In this document: positions 30,401 to 36,812 of the stretch, piece by piece | Position numbering within the stretch: position 1 is the first letter of the stretch | How the letters are laid out: every line of letters begins with the position of its first letter | Source of the DNA: a virus | DNA: 64,000 nucleotides | Reading direction: 5' to 3' (one strand) | Virus record (IMG/VR): IMGVR_UViG_3300042691_046823 | The notes under the pieces: model-generated | Told to the model about the DNA's origin: nothing | The model's database searches: none | What the model saw: the letters and a program-made list of their open reading frames with translations, nothing else | Made by a program: the position numbers and the translations under genes

Positions 30401-32806
30401 AGCAGTGTTGCTGAGGCTGATACCATTGTTATCAAATACATCAAACAGCGGGGCCTGGTTCACGCTGATTTTTTGTTGTGCTGAAATCCAATCTGATCCA
30501 TTAAACCAAAAACTTTTGCCTTGCAGGGTATTGCCAGACAAGCACACCACGGTCTGGCCTTCCCGAGCCAGACCATTGAGCACAGGCTCAAGGTCGATGA
30601 TAAAGGTTCCTGACAAGTTTGGATCAATGAATTGAACTTCATAGATCTGATTGCGCACAGCTGGGTCAGAATCATTGGCAAAAATTACGCGGGTACCATT
30701 GATGAAATTATATCCGTCTAAACTGTATCCAGTTTGACCATTGATGTTGCTAAAGGCATCAGTTGCGTTGAGATCGATGATGTCAATCGGGGTCTTGCCC
30801 TGCGTTCCAAAATTAAAAAGATCAATGTTGGCCCGGAACTCCAAGATGGGACGCTTGCCTTGTTGGCCCTGATTCAACACAGCTATCTGATTATTATAGG
30901 CTGCGGTATCCTCGATAACTTGTTTGTGGAACCATCGATTGCTACGGCTCCAGGGATTAAGGTCTCGACTACTGCGATTGATAGTGATATAATCTTGTAT
31001 TTCAGGGGCATTTAAGGCAGCGTCATAGGGACCGTCATCATAAGGCAAGCTGTCAAACGGTATGGTCGCGCTCTTGGTATAGGTCTCCGGGGTTACTAAG
31101 CTGTCAGTGGGAACTAATCTAATACCGTTGCCCAACAGCGCACCAGGCACACCTTGCAAAGGCAAAGGAGCCCCAGCAGGGCCGCCAGCACCTTGGTTAT
31201 CCAGGCTCTCCTGTATAGTTTCATAGATGAACTGATGGAAAGTGTCTACATGCTGTGCACCGGTCATTTTTTGTCCTTGATGCACATGGAATGGCCCAAA
31301 ATAAGCTTCACCATCAATAAATCCCACACGAGTATCAATGCCTGGGCCGGTACCAACTCCTTCTACATAATAACTGTTATTTTGATATGATTCAGGAATC
31401 ACAGTGCCGCGGAACTGAACTTTTAAACCATTGGTAAATTTTACTCCGTTGGGAGATGTGTAGTCTTTGGCTCCGAGGATGTCGCTGATATCCAAGGGAT
31501 TGTTAAGAGTTTGATCAACCAATTTGATCTGGCCAAACATGGCTGGATCGTCAGCATCTTGATACCACAGTTCGTCCAGAGCCGCAGTCAATAATGGAAT
31601 ACGTTCAAAATAACCCGAAGCATCTTTGTACCAGGATGTGTTGGCATAGGTGGTACCAAACAATATGTTGAATTTGTTTAGATTGGGTACCGGTGCCAAG
31701 TTGGCCAGACGCATGTAAAACTCGCCATCGTTGTCAGGGATGTACTGTATCTGCCAGATGCTGTAACGCTGGCTCTGCAAGGTGATGTCAGTGGTTTGGT
31801 CAAAGGTTGTTGTGTCATAACTGCCCACCAAGCCATTGTTGCTGGGCACACGTTCCAAAGGATCAAACTGCGTGGTTACCTGCCAGCCACCGTCGGTGGG
31901 GTCCACTATGCGATTCAAGAAAACCACGGTACGGTTTTCAAGATTGGTTATGCCATCGATGCCATCTGGATGTCGATTCAAAAACTCATTGACATAAACA
32001 TTGTTGATCTCATTGAACTTCAGCGTGGTCACAAGGTCTACAGGCCCGACTTCGGTCAAGCCATAGTAAAAACTCTGTGCAGTTTTATCAGGCACATTGA
32101 ATTCTATAACTCCAAGATCAATCCCATTGTCTATCACACCTAACACATCGCGGCTGGATATGTTTGTGGTACCTGGCATGAGTCCATCGGCACCGGGTGC
32201 AGCCTGGATCCAGAAATTGTGACTTAACTGATTGATACGAAATTTGTAGTTGCCGCCCCGCACCAGGGTCAGTATAGGATTCTTGCCAGCCACATCACTG
32301 AAAGTGTAGGCACTGTCTACTGCATCGCGTGAGACTTCCCACTCATCGGTCAACGGAAAGAATGCAGTGCTGACATCTACACTGTCCGGACCACCAGGCA
32401 ACCAATAATACTGGCTGTAATTAACGAATTTGTCGAGATCTACAAATGGATCCCAGGTATAATACTGTTCCTGGAACAGTCTGTCTTGTCGTGAGACATT
32501 GGCGCCCTGTATCTTTAGGCTGTCTACCATGCCCGGATATGTCAAGGCATCAATGACCTTGGTTGTGTCGGGCTGGAAACTGACAATGCCAGGTTCTAAT
32601 TGATAATCTTGCCTATCGGCTGTGGTTTCAACAACGTAATTGTCAGCGGCATTGACGCCAGGGCCAACTCTACGACCGACAAACCCTTGAGTGCGCTTGA
32701 CACTGGGCTCAGCTGTGAGTTGATCCAGTGTTGCTGCCAAGAACTGTTTGTTTGTTCCGGTCTGGAAAATCTCTGGCAGTAAATCTACGGTGCGTCGGAT
32801 GGCCAT
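18464..32806 (-). CDS. Giant 4780-aa baseplate/adhesin-like virion protein
   Basis: Uninterrupted ORF coupled to gp6. Contains seven FG..VGAP repeats, four WxxxxxY..G..V CBM5/12-like modules, GDGSTT beta-sandwich units and [YF]Dxxx[YF]D repeats. Confidence 0.85.
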   Translation of the reverse strand: MAIRRTVDLLPEIFQTGTNKQFLAATLDQLTAEPSVKRTQGFVGRRVGPGVNAADNYVVETTADRQDYQLEPGIVSFQPDTTKVIDALTYPGMVDSLKIQGANVSRQDRLFQEQYYTWDPFVDLDKFVNYSQYYWLPGGPDSVDVSTAFFPLTDEWEVSRDAVDSAYTFSDVAGKNPILTLVRGGNYKFRINQLSHNFWIQAAPGADGLMPGTTNISSRDVLGVIDNGIDLGVIEFNVPDKTAQSFYYGLTEVGPVDLVTTLKFNEINNVYVNEFLNRHPDGIDGITNLENRTVVFLNRIVDPTDGGWQVTTQFDPLERVPSNNGLVGSYDTTTFDQTTDITLQSQRYSIWQIQYIPDNDGEFYMRLANLAPVPNLNKFNILFGTTYANTSWYKDASGYFERIPLLTAALDELWYQDADDPAMFGQIKLVDQTLNNPLDISDILGAKDYTSPNGVKFTNGLKVQFRGTVIPESYQNNSYYVEGVGTGPGIDTRVGFIDGEAYFGPFHVHQGQKMTGAQHVDTFHQFIYETIQESLDNQGAGGPAGAPLPLQGVPGALLGNGIRLVPTDSLVTPETYTKSATIPFDSLPYDDGPYDAALNAPEIQDYITINRSSRDLNPWSRSNRWFHKQVIEDTAAYNNQIAVLNQGQQGKRPILEFRANIDLFNFGTQGKTPIDIIDLNATDAFSNINGQTGYSLDGYNFINGTRVIFANDSDPAVRNQIYEVQFIDPNLSGTFIIDLEPVLNGLAREGQTVVCLSGNTLQGKSFWFNGSDWISAQQKISVNQAPLFDVFDNNGISLSNTATYPSTTFAGTKLFSYAIGETDIVDQILGFSLKFLNINNVGDILFENNFYKDTFLYVTDSVSKEVNISLGFARQYIDRVSFTSLIGWESAAGTARSRQQFRFVYNNEPLILDVPADTDSVFPSVKVFQQASFLNPQDYVVTVSGSQTTVTLINPPAIGTVIEVQVLSDVASDIGFYQVPINLSNNPLNENSDQFTLGTIRSHYQTVGQNLKNISGAIDGSNNTRDLGDISRYGENIVQHASPMPLLGPFLRQRQFEVISAIEFNSREYEKYKARLLDAASRGNYVNSTPTQVLDSVISEIATGRDSVSPFYWSDMLPWGQTYTELIYDFTDISDNVFDLTETFNFTDSNYRGLSVYYNGTILQRGAEYTVGVDTPTLTVLIPLQVGDVIKIREYTTTYGSFVPNTPSKMGLYPVYRPEMYLDETFVTPTMVIRGHDGSVTVAFGDYRDQVLLEFETRIFNNVKIVTEIPLSLVDVIPGQFRTTDYSLSEINSILAPDFLAWVGWNKLDYPSQTYLGDDPFTYNYSQSQNKLNRQPLLGAWRGIYNYFYDTIYPNTRPWELLGFSQQPYWWESYYGPAPYTDGNLVLWDDLAQGLVRDPVQPYYKPRYARPDLSAVIPAGSEGALVSPLDSVVSNYDATSFRRSWAFGDDGPVENTWRTSSAWPFAVMRLLALTQPAKFFSLFADRDLYTFNSELDQYLYNNRYRLDATRLAPLYGDGTSKASYINWIIDYNRQLGTNGTKKLEIDLSNLGVRLCWRLGGFSDKRYLKIFTERSTPNSLNASLLLPDESYTVLLYKNQTSREITYSSVIIQRSDTGWQVFGYNQIKPYFTVYASLPNGNLRLITAGDVTARVSVDYSDNTAQVPYGYTFTNVNAVCDFLLSYGRYLTLNGFTFATRENGYTMDWYQMAEEFLYWSGQGWAPGSIINLNPSAIKATLDTPGYVVDSMAEPRPENLILNQNRVPIKSEQMVIERMDNTFSVTTLNENTINFLSTRLTQFESTVVLDNVSIFADLIYSPVTGARQSRVQASGIISGDWNGTVNAPGFVLNLDNIIEWQPNRQYTKGEIVLFKNDYWTASRIIEPAAKFDYSIWIRADYDLIQKGLLPNAANASDQLATAYDVSQANLETDVDLFSYGLIGFRPRQYMSDLNLDDVSQVQLYQQFLGTKGTIGALEQFNRADLGKETAEYNIYEYWAMLRSSYGATANRNYFEILLNEARLRADPSLVEIVQTQQISEADQAVLLQDLWKSSEKFTTTNIMPTTLEPETDASLPSAGYVDLEDVDFTVFDLEDFAATSLALDQQIDELSEGDTIWTAKKNRYDWGVYRLQEVPGDVVQVSDNLNGRSLVTMTAQHGLKVNDYIVIRYFDPVVDGTYRVLGVPSLDTLLIGLAFLGTQTQIIGEGVAFTLATSRVAQASDVSTLSYVNVLRSGAKVWVDDNGFGRWTVLEKTDPFTYSDVLPIAQPESSSQFGASVTQGFNNLAAMVGAPGYLQAVDDSTLLATGAVYTYVKTAATNAYEQGILIEPLTEGLKDFGRSMDMGDQTYAVVGAPRSLGDRGYAYVIYNPVATNAFLQSQILLLPDGETAPGALFGQSVTMARDEYWLYVGCPGINRVYCYGRQDIQLQSVRYVCDGSTSQFNYSDHVVVNNGTQLAVNLNNVNLTLGVDFTVSGTNVNLLATPTQGQTLVISRRVGELFIGDGSTTTYSLDNLYLATSIESFSVYINDVIQRPHYDYTFGADSSIDLVFTQAPTNGAVINVVCQTHWKQVSSISVAGLSADARFGYSVSTSTDGRKLIVGAPGATNNQGLVYVFDRSTQNFVQQTSTNTTFTTVQSLSNPGEPINVFLNSVLLVDEANNVGGQYSISGNTITMVTAPAVGDVLTVETNQFTLEQTLVDPAAAAADQYGYAVDQCVNDCSLYIGAPYYGEDIPEHGHVDYKINQGRVYGTLTSSISNCVLTPGQYLSVNNIFVEVSSPAAWNSGLAYAKDIIVSIGSDLYQSRVTVPVGTAITDTVYWKPVNWSTVLAQDIVDAAVANVTVSVGENREFISNGRTQQFNIGDLYSAADSYTPLVYLDNVLQTLNTNYTYNNDTQTITFNLTPAYDTKINVIGGRITISVKNANATLTFNRLRVGPGTGTVFQDLGLTTYIDVQTITAPLLQDYAHFGQSLFVSETATNLVVGAPDASTIGFATFDDNTTVFDANTCVFSNTVTQSGAVYIFDFLPAASASATNQGQFVFGQQIYSSDITALERFGTAVDYTTGILLVGAPGEDLGDSTEANYGQVQQFANIARLPAWQAKRTQNPVVDITRLNSVFMYDRFSGASRQYFDFIDPLQGKILGAAQQNIDYTGSVDPAAYNVGTLNNYGERWGESYVGKIWWDTTNARFIDPNQNDIVYASRRWAQLFPGSTIEVYQWVVSDVPPAQYAGPGQVRSTNNYVVLSSINEAGLFGTQYYFWVSGIREVNRKARKTLSIETVARYIQDPKTSGIAYIAPINASTVAIYNGLPYIVAQDTVLHVEFDETANDAPVYVEYQLIAQDRRDGFLTDLLYRKFLDSFCGADIEGHKVPDPFLPVSELYGVQFRPRQSMYANRFLALENYLTRANRVMSLYPISEIRTFPLLQSQEPEPTVSSGQWNKRVADYAELTYQDLEIVPIGYKYLVVTDSTNSGLWTIYEVVSGASFGSKELLLVRVQTYDTNLYWNYIDWYLPGYNSRQLISAEVANFNDLAQLDLPPGSAAKVTTNGGNKWEIYLLENTTWTRVGLQDGTIEIKAEIWDYSIGRFGFDVEVFDAQYFDQEPVIETRNIIRSLNEEIFIDDLGIERNRLLVLMFNFILQEQVAPLWLTKTSLIDVDHVIRDLEPYQIYRRDNQDFVLDYIQEVKPYHVQIREFNLIYRGNDAYQGSLTDFDLPAYYDTAESMFISPVLDDDPLEPLSTTSSVPSTDPVWTTFPWDQWFNNYTLAVQSITTVDGGTGYTVPPTVIVGTEWQKNTAYAQGQQLFFNNNLYTVTVAGVSGQSEPRFTSGSRVNGTTTLAYAGTRTLAVARLLGGGQVGQIEIVVPGSGYIVTPAVTLEGGNGQGAVAVPVMTGTGIGRDFSAGDPTDPTEIYYTLVRSFTTTIKFDRYEYTSQVVNWEPNVQYEDGTLVRYADKVWSASSTDSTAVVGPTFDPQQWTLVPAGDLNGVDRTQGYYTPGPNEPGLDLALLMTGIDYPGVQVDAPDFNQNTGFDVGNYDINPYDNISYGPEGRPTYDPAILDAIYESYFGTPATGPIPTGTADTDINVDGGAFVDTYESHAPEELVPGIIFDTLDLRVFTTPGADWQMDGHGFPLRVLGYTYDSTSPVYSWANLVDYPTVIEIYNATWGLRLIRDVQFIVNWPTRTVTILGGIVDGESLQINVYGLGGGNQVWKNSIIGDQVNDGVIVEYPYAQIDRFAIYVNGEPTTAYTFSQYSTTQTLLTLNNTYNDTQLLTIAAMGLEEDSYTHDWSSPVIQAEIADGSTLTWTLDNSVQGTNPANLVVEINGRRARPPEGIQWTVDGSSRTYFLPNRGGYDQGLIGNNEVYAWIDNTPLTYGVQFVLDPYDGSSDRTITLSFDPEPGAQLLISVDHAADYYLDGSTLIYKPTASLLPLLGDVVTFTTFNDTSQQNILTQVFVGPTTQGSQINVGYDTTRYDQGTPFVDSTFDEGTGTIILTNVFDTGRVIDNPNRLLITIDNEYLFPYQDWYVDGTAVVISGPPINPASVVAITNFTQSITPDAEAFRIFQDMRGEQLVYRITPETTTKTVAQVMSTSDVVYVEQVSHLSQPNLPDGIFGQITIDGERITYRFRETAALEEISTGASIYTLGGANYTLLGQGILTAVLVTPGGVEVSAPYVVLNNDDWIAVQFLTVPPIGYTVRVSFTIAGAVFGLRRGTAGTGASEHAPGAWVYDIGLGNLLPAQYQNQTYPGFGIGGYDLSNYDMPTTIAQSWYQPGNGTPSNGQPLQVTDTLAARFIRGE

Positions 32807-35800
32807 TAGTAGCCACCTCCACCACCGCCGGAACTACCACCACTGCCGGAACTACCACCACCGCCGGATGACGACGAGTTGGTCGTCGATGTGCTGGTAG
32901 TGGATATACTCGACAGCGGAGAAGTCTGGCTCACGGCACTGGGATAAAGTCCTGTGACCGAGGTCTGCGTGCGCAGGTTACTCTGTGTCAACGCTTCAAT
33001 CACTTCAACATCGGCCACAGTAGCTGCATTGACGAAAATTTCATTGGGCGCTGATCGGATTTCATATAGGTCACCGAAGGTCTTCAAAGGATTCAGCGGC
33101 ACCAAGACGACAGAACTTATGATTGATCCCATTTGCTCGTGCAGATAAGCTGCTAGTTCTGAGAAAAAGAAATAATCACCAAAATCCCATTTGTCAATGG
33201 CAAAATAATTGTTGATGTTGGCCACTACCTGGCTCTTGATTTCGCTCACTGATGCTGTGATCTTGGGTGCTCGCACAACTTTGATAATGGCCCGCAGTTC
33301 GGGTGCTGCCTTGGCTCCAAACAGAGGCTTGAAAATCACCGAGTTCAAGATCACGTTGTCTGAAATCATCTTGTAATCATTGAGTTGGCTATAGGCCGTA
33401 TTCAGTTCATCGATGGTGGGGATAGCAGGCTCAGGCACCGTGCCCGTAGTATCCCGGATGTAATTTTGATATTGTGTGTAGTATTCTTGTGTAACCACGT
33501 ATAGATCAATGATATTGGTAGCGCCAGGATTGATCACATTGGTCAACGGACTATTGTGTCTGTATTGGAAATACAGGCTTTGCCGGCCTGTGCGTGCTAC
33601 AAAATCGGTACGCTCGATCAATTCTCTGTCGGCTACACCATTGATGATATCAATCTCTAATTCATAGAATTTGTTGTAGCTGGGCTCGGCTGTATCCGTA
33701 GTAGTACAGTAGAAAATCTGGCCATCTTCGTATTCTGACTTGACCAATTCTATATCATCCTTGGTGGCATATAGGGTGTTGACCACCCCTGCCTGCACAG
33801 GTAGATAACGCTCGAGATCGTCAAAGTCCGTGGTTAACTGCAAGAATACCAACTTGGTAGTTGGATCCACCGACGGTGCTACGAGAGTGTCAAAAAAATC
33901 AGGATTGTCAGCGACGCCATCATTGTCGCTGTCGGTGTAACTTACTACCACTTGATAATCGTTGACGTAGCCATCGCTCTCAACTGGCTGATCTATGATT
34001 TCCATGTTGATATCGCCAAACAAAGGTTCGTTGGTATCAGGACGATTGTTAGTCTTCAAGGCCTTGACAAAGTCTTTGATTGATGTGCCGGTCTTGCTGT
34101 CGTACACTGGCTCTGTGCCGTCAAATACGAATCTTACTTCAACCACACTGGCCCAATAATAGTTCAGTCCACGTGATGTCACGGTGTAGGTTACCCCATC
34201 GGTCACAAACTGCAACAGCCAGGATGCATCAAGATTGGTACCCGATGTGTTCTGTGCGTATTGTAAACTAAATGTGCTGTCTTGTGCGAGATTGGCGCTG
34301 GTAATGATATACCATGTGGCTGTTTCATTGTTGTATCCAAGACCAAAGTTACGAGCCAGTTCGATCTGTTCGATCATGCTGGTCTCTAAACTGGTCGGAA
34401 GATCGGTCACAAACTTTGGTATGACTTGGCTACCCAAGGCTCCAGCCGGTACAAATGTGTTCAGCGTGACTGGACCTTCGCCTGTGGCCAGGTTACCAGT
34501 GCCTTGATTAGTTCCGTCCAAGATCACAGCAGTGACCGTGGCCCAGATCTCTAATTTTTCGTCGGCACGCACAGGAATGCCTGCAACCAATCTGTTGTTG
34601 GCATCAAAATAGTAACCAGTGGGCGGCACGAATTTGATCAGACTGCCTTGCGTGATATACTTGGCATTGTTGCTGGCATAGGATCCGATGGAGGCTGGGC
34701 TGTTAGGAGTACCATAATAGAAATACCCCGTGGTTTCGTTGACCAATCGCGTGCTCTGCTGCCAAGCTATGTTGATCACTGTCAGTGAAGGTCTTACGAA
34801 ATTGGCATAATAAAATTGAAGTAGGCTGCGACCGCCCAACAGAGGTTCTATCTGATTGGCAATGACATCGGCGATCTCGTTGCGATTGACCCAAGTAAAA
34901 TCAAATGTTGGCAACACATCTTGGCGCCAGATCATGCCGTCGTCGGCAAAGATATTAGTTGAGGAATACTTGGCAGTCACATCTGTGAGATCTACATACC
35001 GGCTGGTGCCGATGGAACTGCGGGCCACGGCCTTGCTTTTAATAATAGAGTTGAACAGGGTAAATGGGAAGTTGTTGTAATCTTCTCCGTTGACCATCCT
35101 GTTCTGTGTATAGTATCGAGCCGGAGCACGTTGTTTGATTTCTTCTATGGTCTCGCGCGGTTGTGCATTGCTCACTGGCTGTGTGATACCGCAGGTAAAT
35201 GTGATGACTTCGGTGCGACCAAATCTTGAAATGTAAGAAATGTTCAAGACCACACTCTGCATTTCTTCCGGATTGATGATATACTGCAGACCATTGCTGG
35301 CACGCACATAGGTGCGGAAAAATCCCACAGGTATCTCTGAGAACACACCATCACCAAAGGTCAGCGTGATCTGATCGTTGGCGCGGCTGTTGATGCCATA
35401 GAGTTTTCGTTGGTTAGGTTGCAGTATCTCTACCGCAGATCCAAAGATATTTTCGCTAAACAACCACTCGGATGCTATGGTACCCACATCGTCGAGTTGG
35501 TACAACCAATGGTCATCTTGATTACAACCTTCGATGTTTATGTTTACCGTGCGATTTGAAATGGCTTCAGCCAGGTTGAAATCCTGGTTCTGTAGCACAC
35601 CTTGCTTGAACAGGAAGAAAAATCCAGTATTGTCGCTGCCGAATCCCAACTGATCATTGCGATACAGCACATTGAACAAGCCCGATGGTCTTGGTGCGGG
35701 TTCGTAGATATAGTCGCGACCTTCGGAGGTACTGCTAACTGCTTCGAATGGCATACCAACACCGTCCACTGTGGAAGTATAGGGTATTACTGGCAAGAAT

Positions 35801-36381
35801 CCAGGTACGAGGTTGATGGCATATTCAGCAGTTTTCACGCCCAGGATCTCTTGATCATTGCCCGGGCGACCGAATTTTTGGCTGTCAACCAAAGATGCAT
35901 TGATGATCTGTGTGAACTGCTCCAGCCAGTTGGGGTTGGTTGGATCATTCCAATCGATGGTCACATTGCTGAGATTGATGCCGTTGTAATCTACCACGTT
36001 CTCTGTAGTAGCCACGGAAAACACTTTGAGGAATCCCTGTGCTGGTAAGTTGCGTTTGGGAGTATAACTGACCAAGTTGGCCAAACGCACCACGCTGTCT
36101 CGGCGTTCAGCAGTGTCTAAGAAATTTTCTCTGGTGTTGAGGTCGTTGCGGAAGGCCAGGGCCTGTCCCATGAATGCCATGACATCCAGCAGGGCTATGA
36201 ACTCTGAACTTTCAATGTAGTCGTTGAAGGTTTCAGGATAATAGGTGCGGAGATAATCAATGAAACTCTTGCGTAGAGTCTCAAAATCATAGGACTGGAA
36301 GTCCGCTTCGCGGAATGTTTGATATAGTCTTTTCCAGTCTTCTACGCCGAATATAGCGGTTTGTCTAGCAGTCTTGGCCAT
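32806..36381 (-). CDS. gp6: Baseplate wedge subunit, gp6-like
   Basis: DFQSYDFETLRKS...SSEFIALLD...ENFLDTAERRDSV.RLA...FGDGVF...ETIEEIK.RAP..YYTQNRMVNGEDY. Confidence 0.85.
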   Translation of the reverse strand: MAKTARQTAIFGVEDWKRLYQTFREADFQSYDFETLRKSFIDYLRTYYPETFNDYIESSEFIALLDVMAFMGQALAFRNDLNTRENFLDTAERRDSVVRLANLVSYTPKRNLPAQGFLKVFSVATTENVVDYNGINLSNVTIDWNDPTNPNWLEQFTQIINASLVDSQKFGRPGNDQEILGVKTAEYAINLVPGFLPVIPYTSTVDGVGMPFEAVSSTSEGRDYIYEPAPRPSGLFNVLYRNDQLGFGSDNTGFFFLFKQGVLQNQDFNLAEAISNRTVNINIEGCNQDDHWLYQLDDVGTIASEWLFSENIFGSAVEILQPNQRKLYGINSRANDQITLTFGDGVFSEIPVGFFRTYVRASNGLQYIINPEEMQSVVLNISYISRFGRTEVITFTCGITQPVSNAQPRETIEEIKQRAPARYYTQNRMVNGEDYNNFPFTLFNSIIKSKAVARSSIGTSRYVDLTDVTAKYSSTNIFADDGMIWRQDVLPTFDFTWVNRNEIADVIANQIEPLLGGRSLLQFYYANFVRPSLTVINIAWQQSTRLVNETTGYFYYGTPNSPASIGSYASNNAKYITQGSLIKFVPPTGYYFDANNRLVAGIPVRADEKLEIWATVTAVILDGTNQGTGNLATGEGPVTLNTFVPAGALGSQVIPKFVTDLPTSLETSMIEQIELARNFGLGYNNETATWYIITSANLAQDSTFSLQYAQNTSGTNLDASWLLQFVTDGVTYTVTSRGLNYYWASVVEVRFVFDGTEPVYDSKTGTSIKDFVKALKTNNRPDTNEPLFGDINMEIIDQPVESDGYVNDYQVVVSYTDSDNDGVADNPDFFDTLVAPSVDPTTKLVFLQLTTDFDDLERYLPVQAGVVNTLYATKDDIELVKSEYEDGQIFYCTTTDTAEPSYNKFYELEIDIINGVADRELIERTDFVARTGRQSLYFQYRHNSPLTNVINPGATNIIDLYVVTQEYYTQYQNYIRDTTGTVPEPAIPTIDELNTAYSQLNDYKMISDNVILNSVIFKPLFGAKAAPELRAIIKVVRAPKITASVSEIKSQVVANINNYFAIDKWDFGDYFFFSELAAYLHEQMGSIISSVVLVPLNPLKTFGDLYEIRSAPNEIFVNAATVADVEVIEALTQSNLRTQTSVTGLYPSAVSQTSPLSSISTTSTSTTNSSSSGGGGSSGSGGSSGGGGGGY

Positions 36382-36429
36382 GATCTCTCATCAGTTCTGT
36401 TATTTATTTGAACAAAAAACGGCTCAGTT

Positions 36430-36804
36430 TTAGATAAAACTGGCGCGGCGTGTTTCTTGATCAAAAAAGATAGCCAAGATTTCGGCAGTCTGTGTGGCAG
36501 CCAATTGCAGTTCTACCTCTAACAAGATTCCGTTTTGCTGGGGATAGAAATTGATAGAGTTGACCACGATCCTTGGGTCACCTCCGGCTACTCGTTGTAT
36601 CTCGTTGCGTATGGCCTGCTCAGTCTCGGGTGTCTGGTTTTCAAATATAAAACTCCAAATCACTGTGCCATAGTCCGGGCGTCCCGGCAGTTCTCCCTGC
36701 TGTATGTTGAAAGCGTTGCTGAGGTCACGCTTGATCAGTTCAAAGTCCAGCAAAGTGAACTTGCCAAACTGATTAATAGTGTTGAATCCAATGTAGGTGG
36801 GCAT
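36430..36804 (-). CDS. gp25: Baseplate wedge/sheath initiator, gp25-like
   Basis: LIKRDL.N.F....GE...PDYG..IW..IFE...DPR (GPW/gp25 motif). Confidence 0.9.
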   Translation of the reverse strand: MPTYIGFNTINQFGKFTLLDFELIKRDLSNAFNIQQGELPGRPDYGTVIWSFIFENQTPETEQAIRNEIQRVAGGDPRIVVNSINFYPQQNGILLEVELQLAATQTAEILAIFFDQETRRASFI

Positions 36805-36812
36805 GTGAATAT

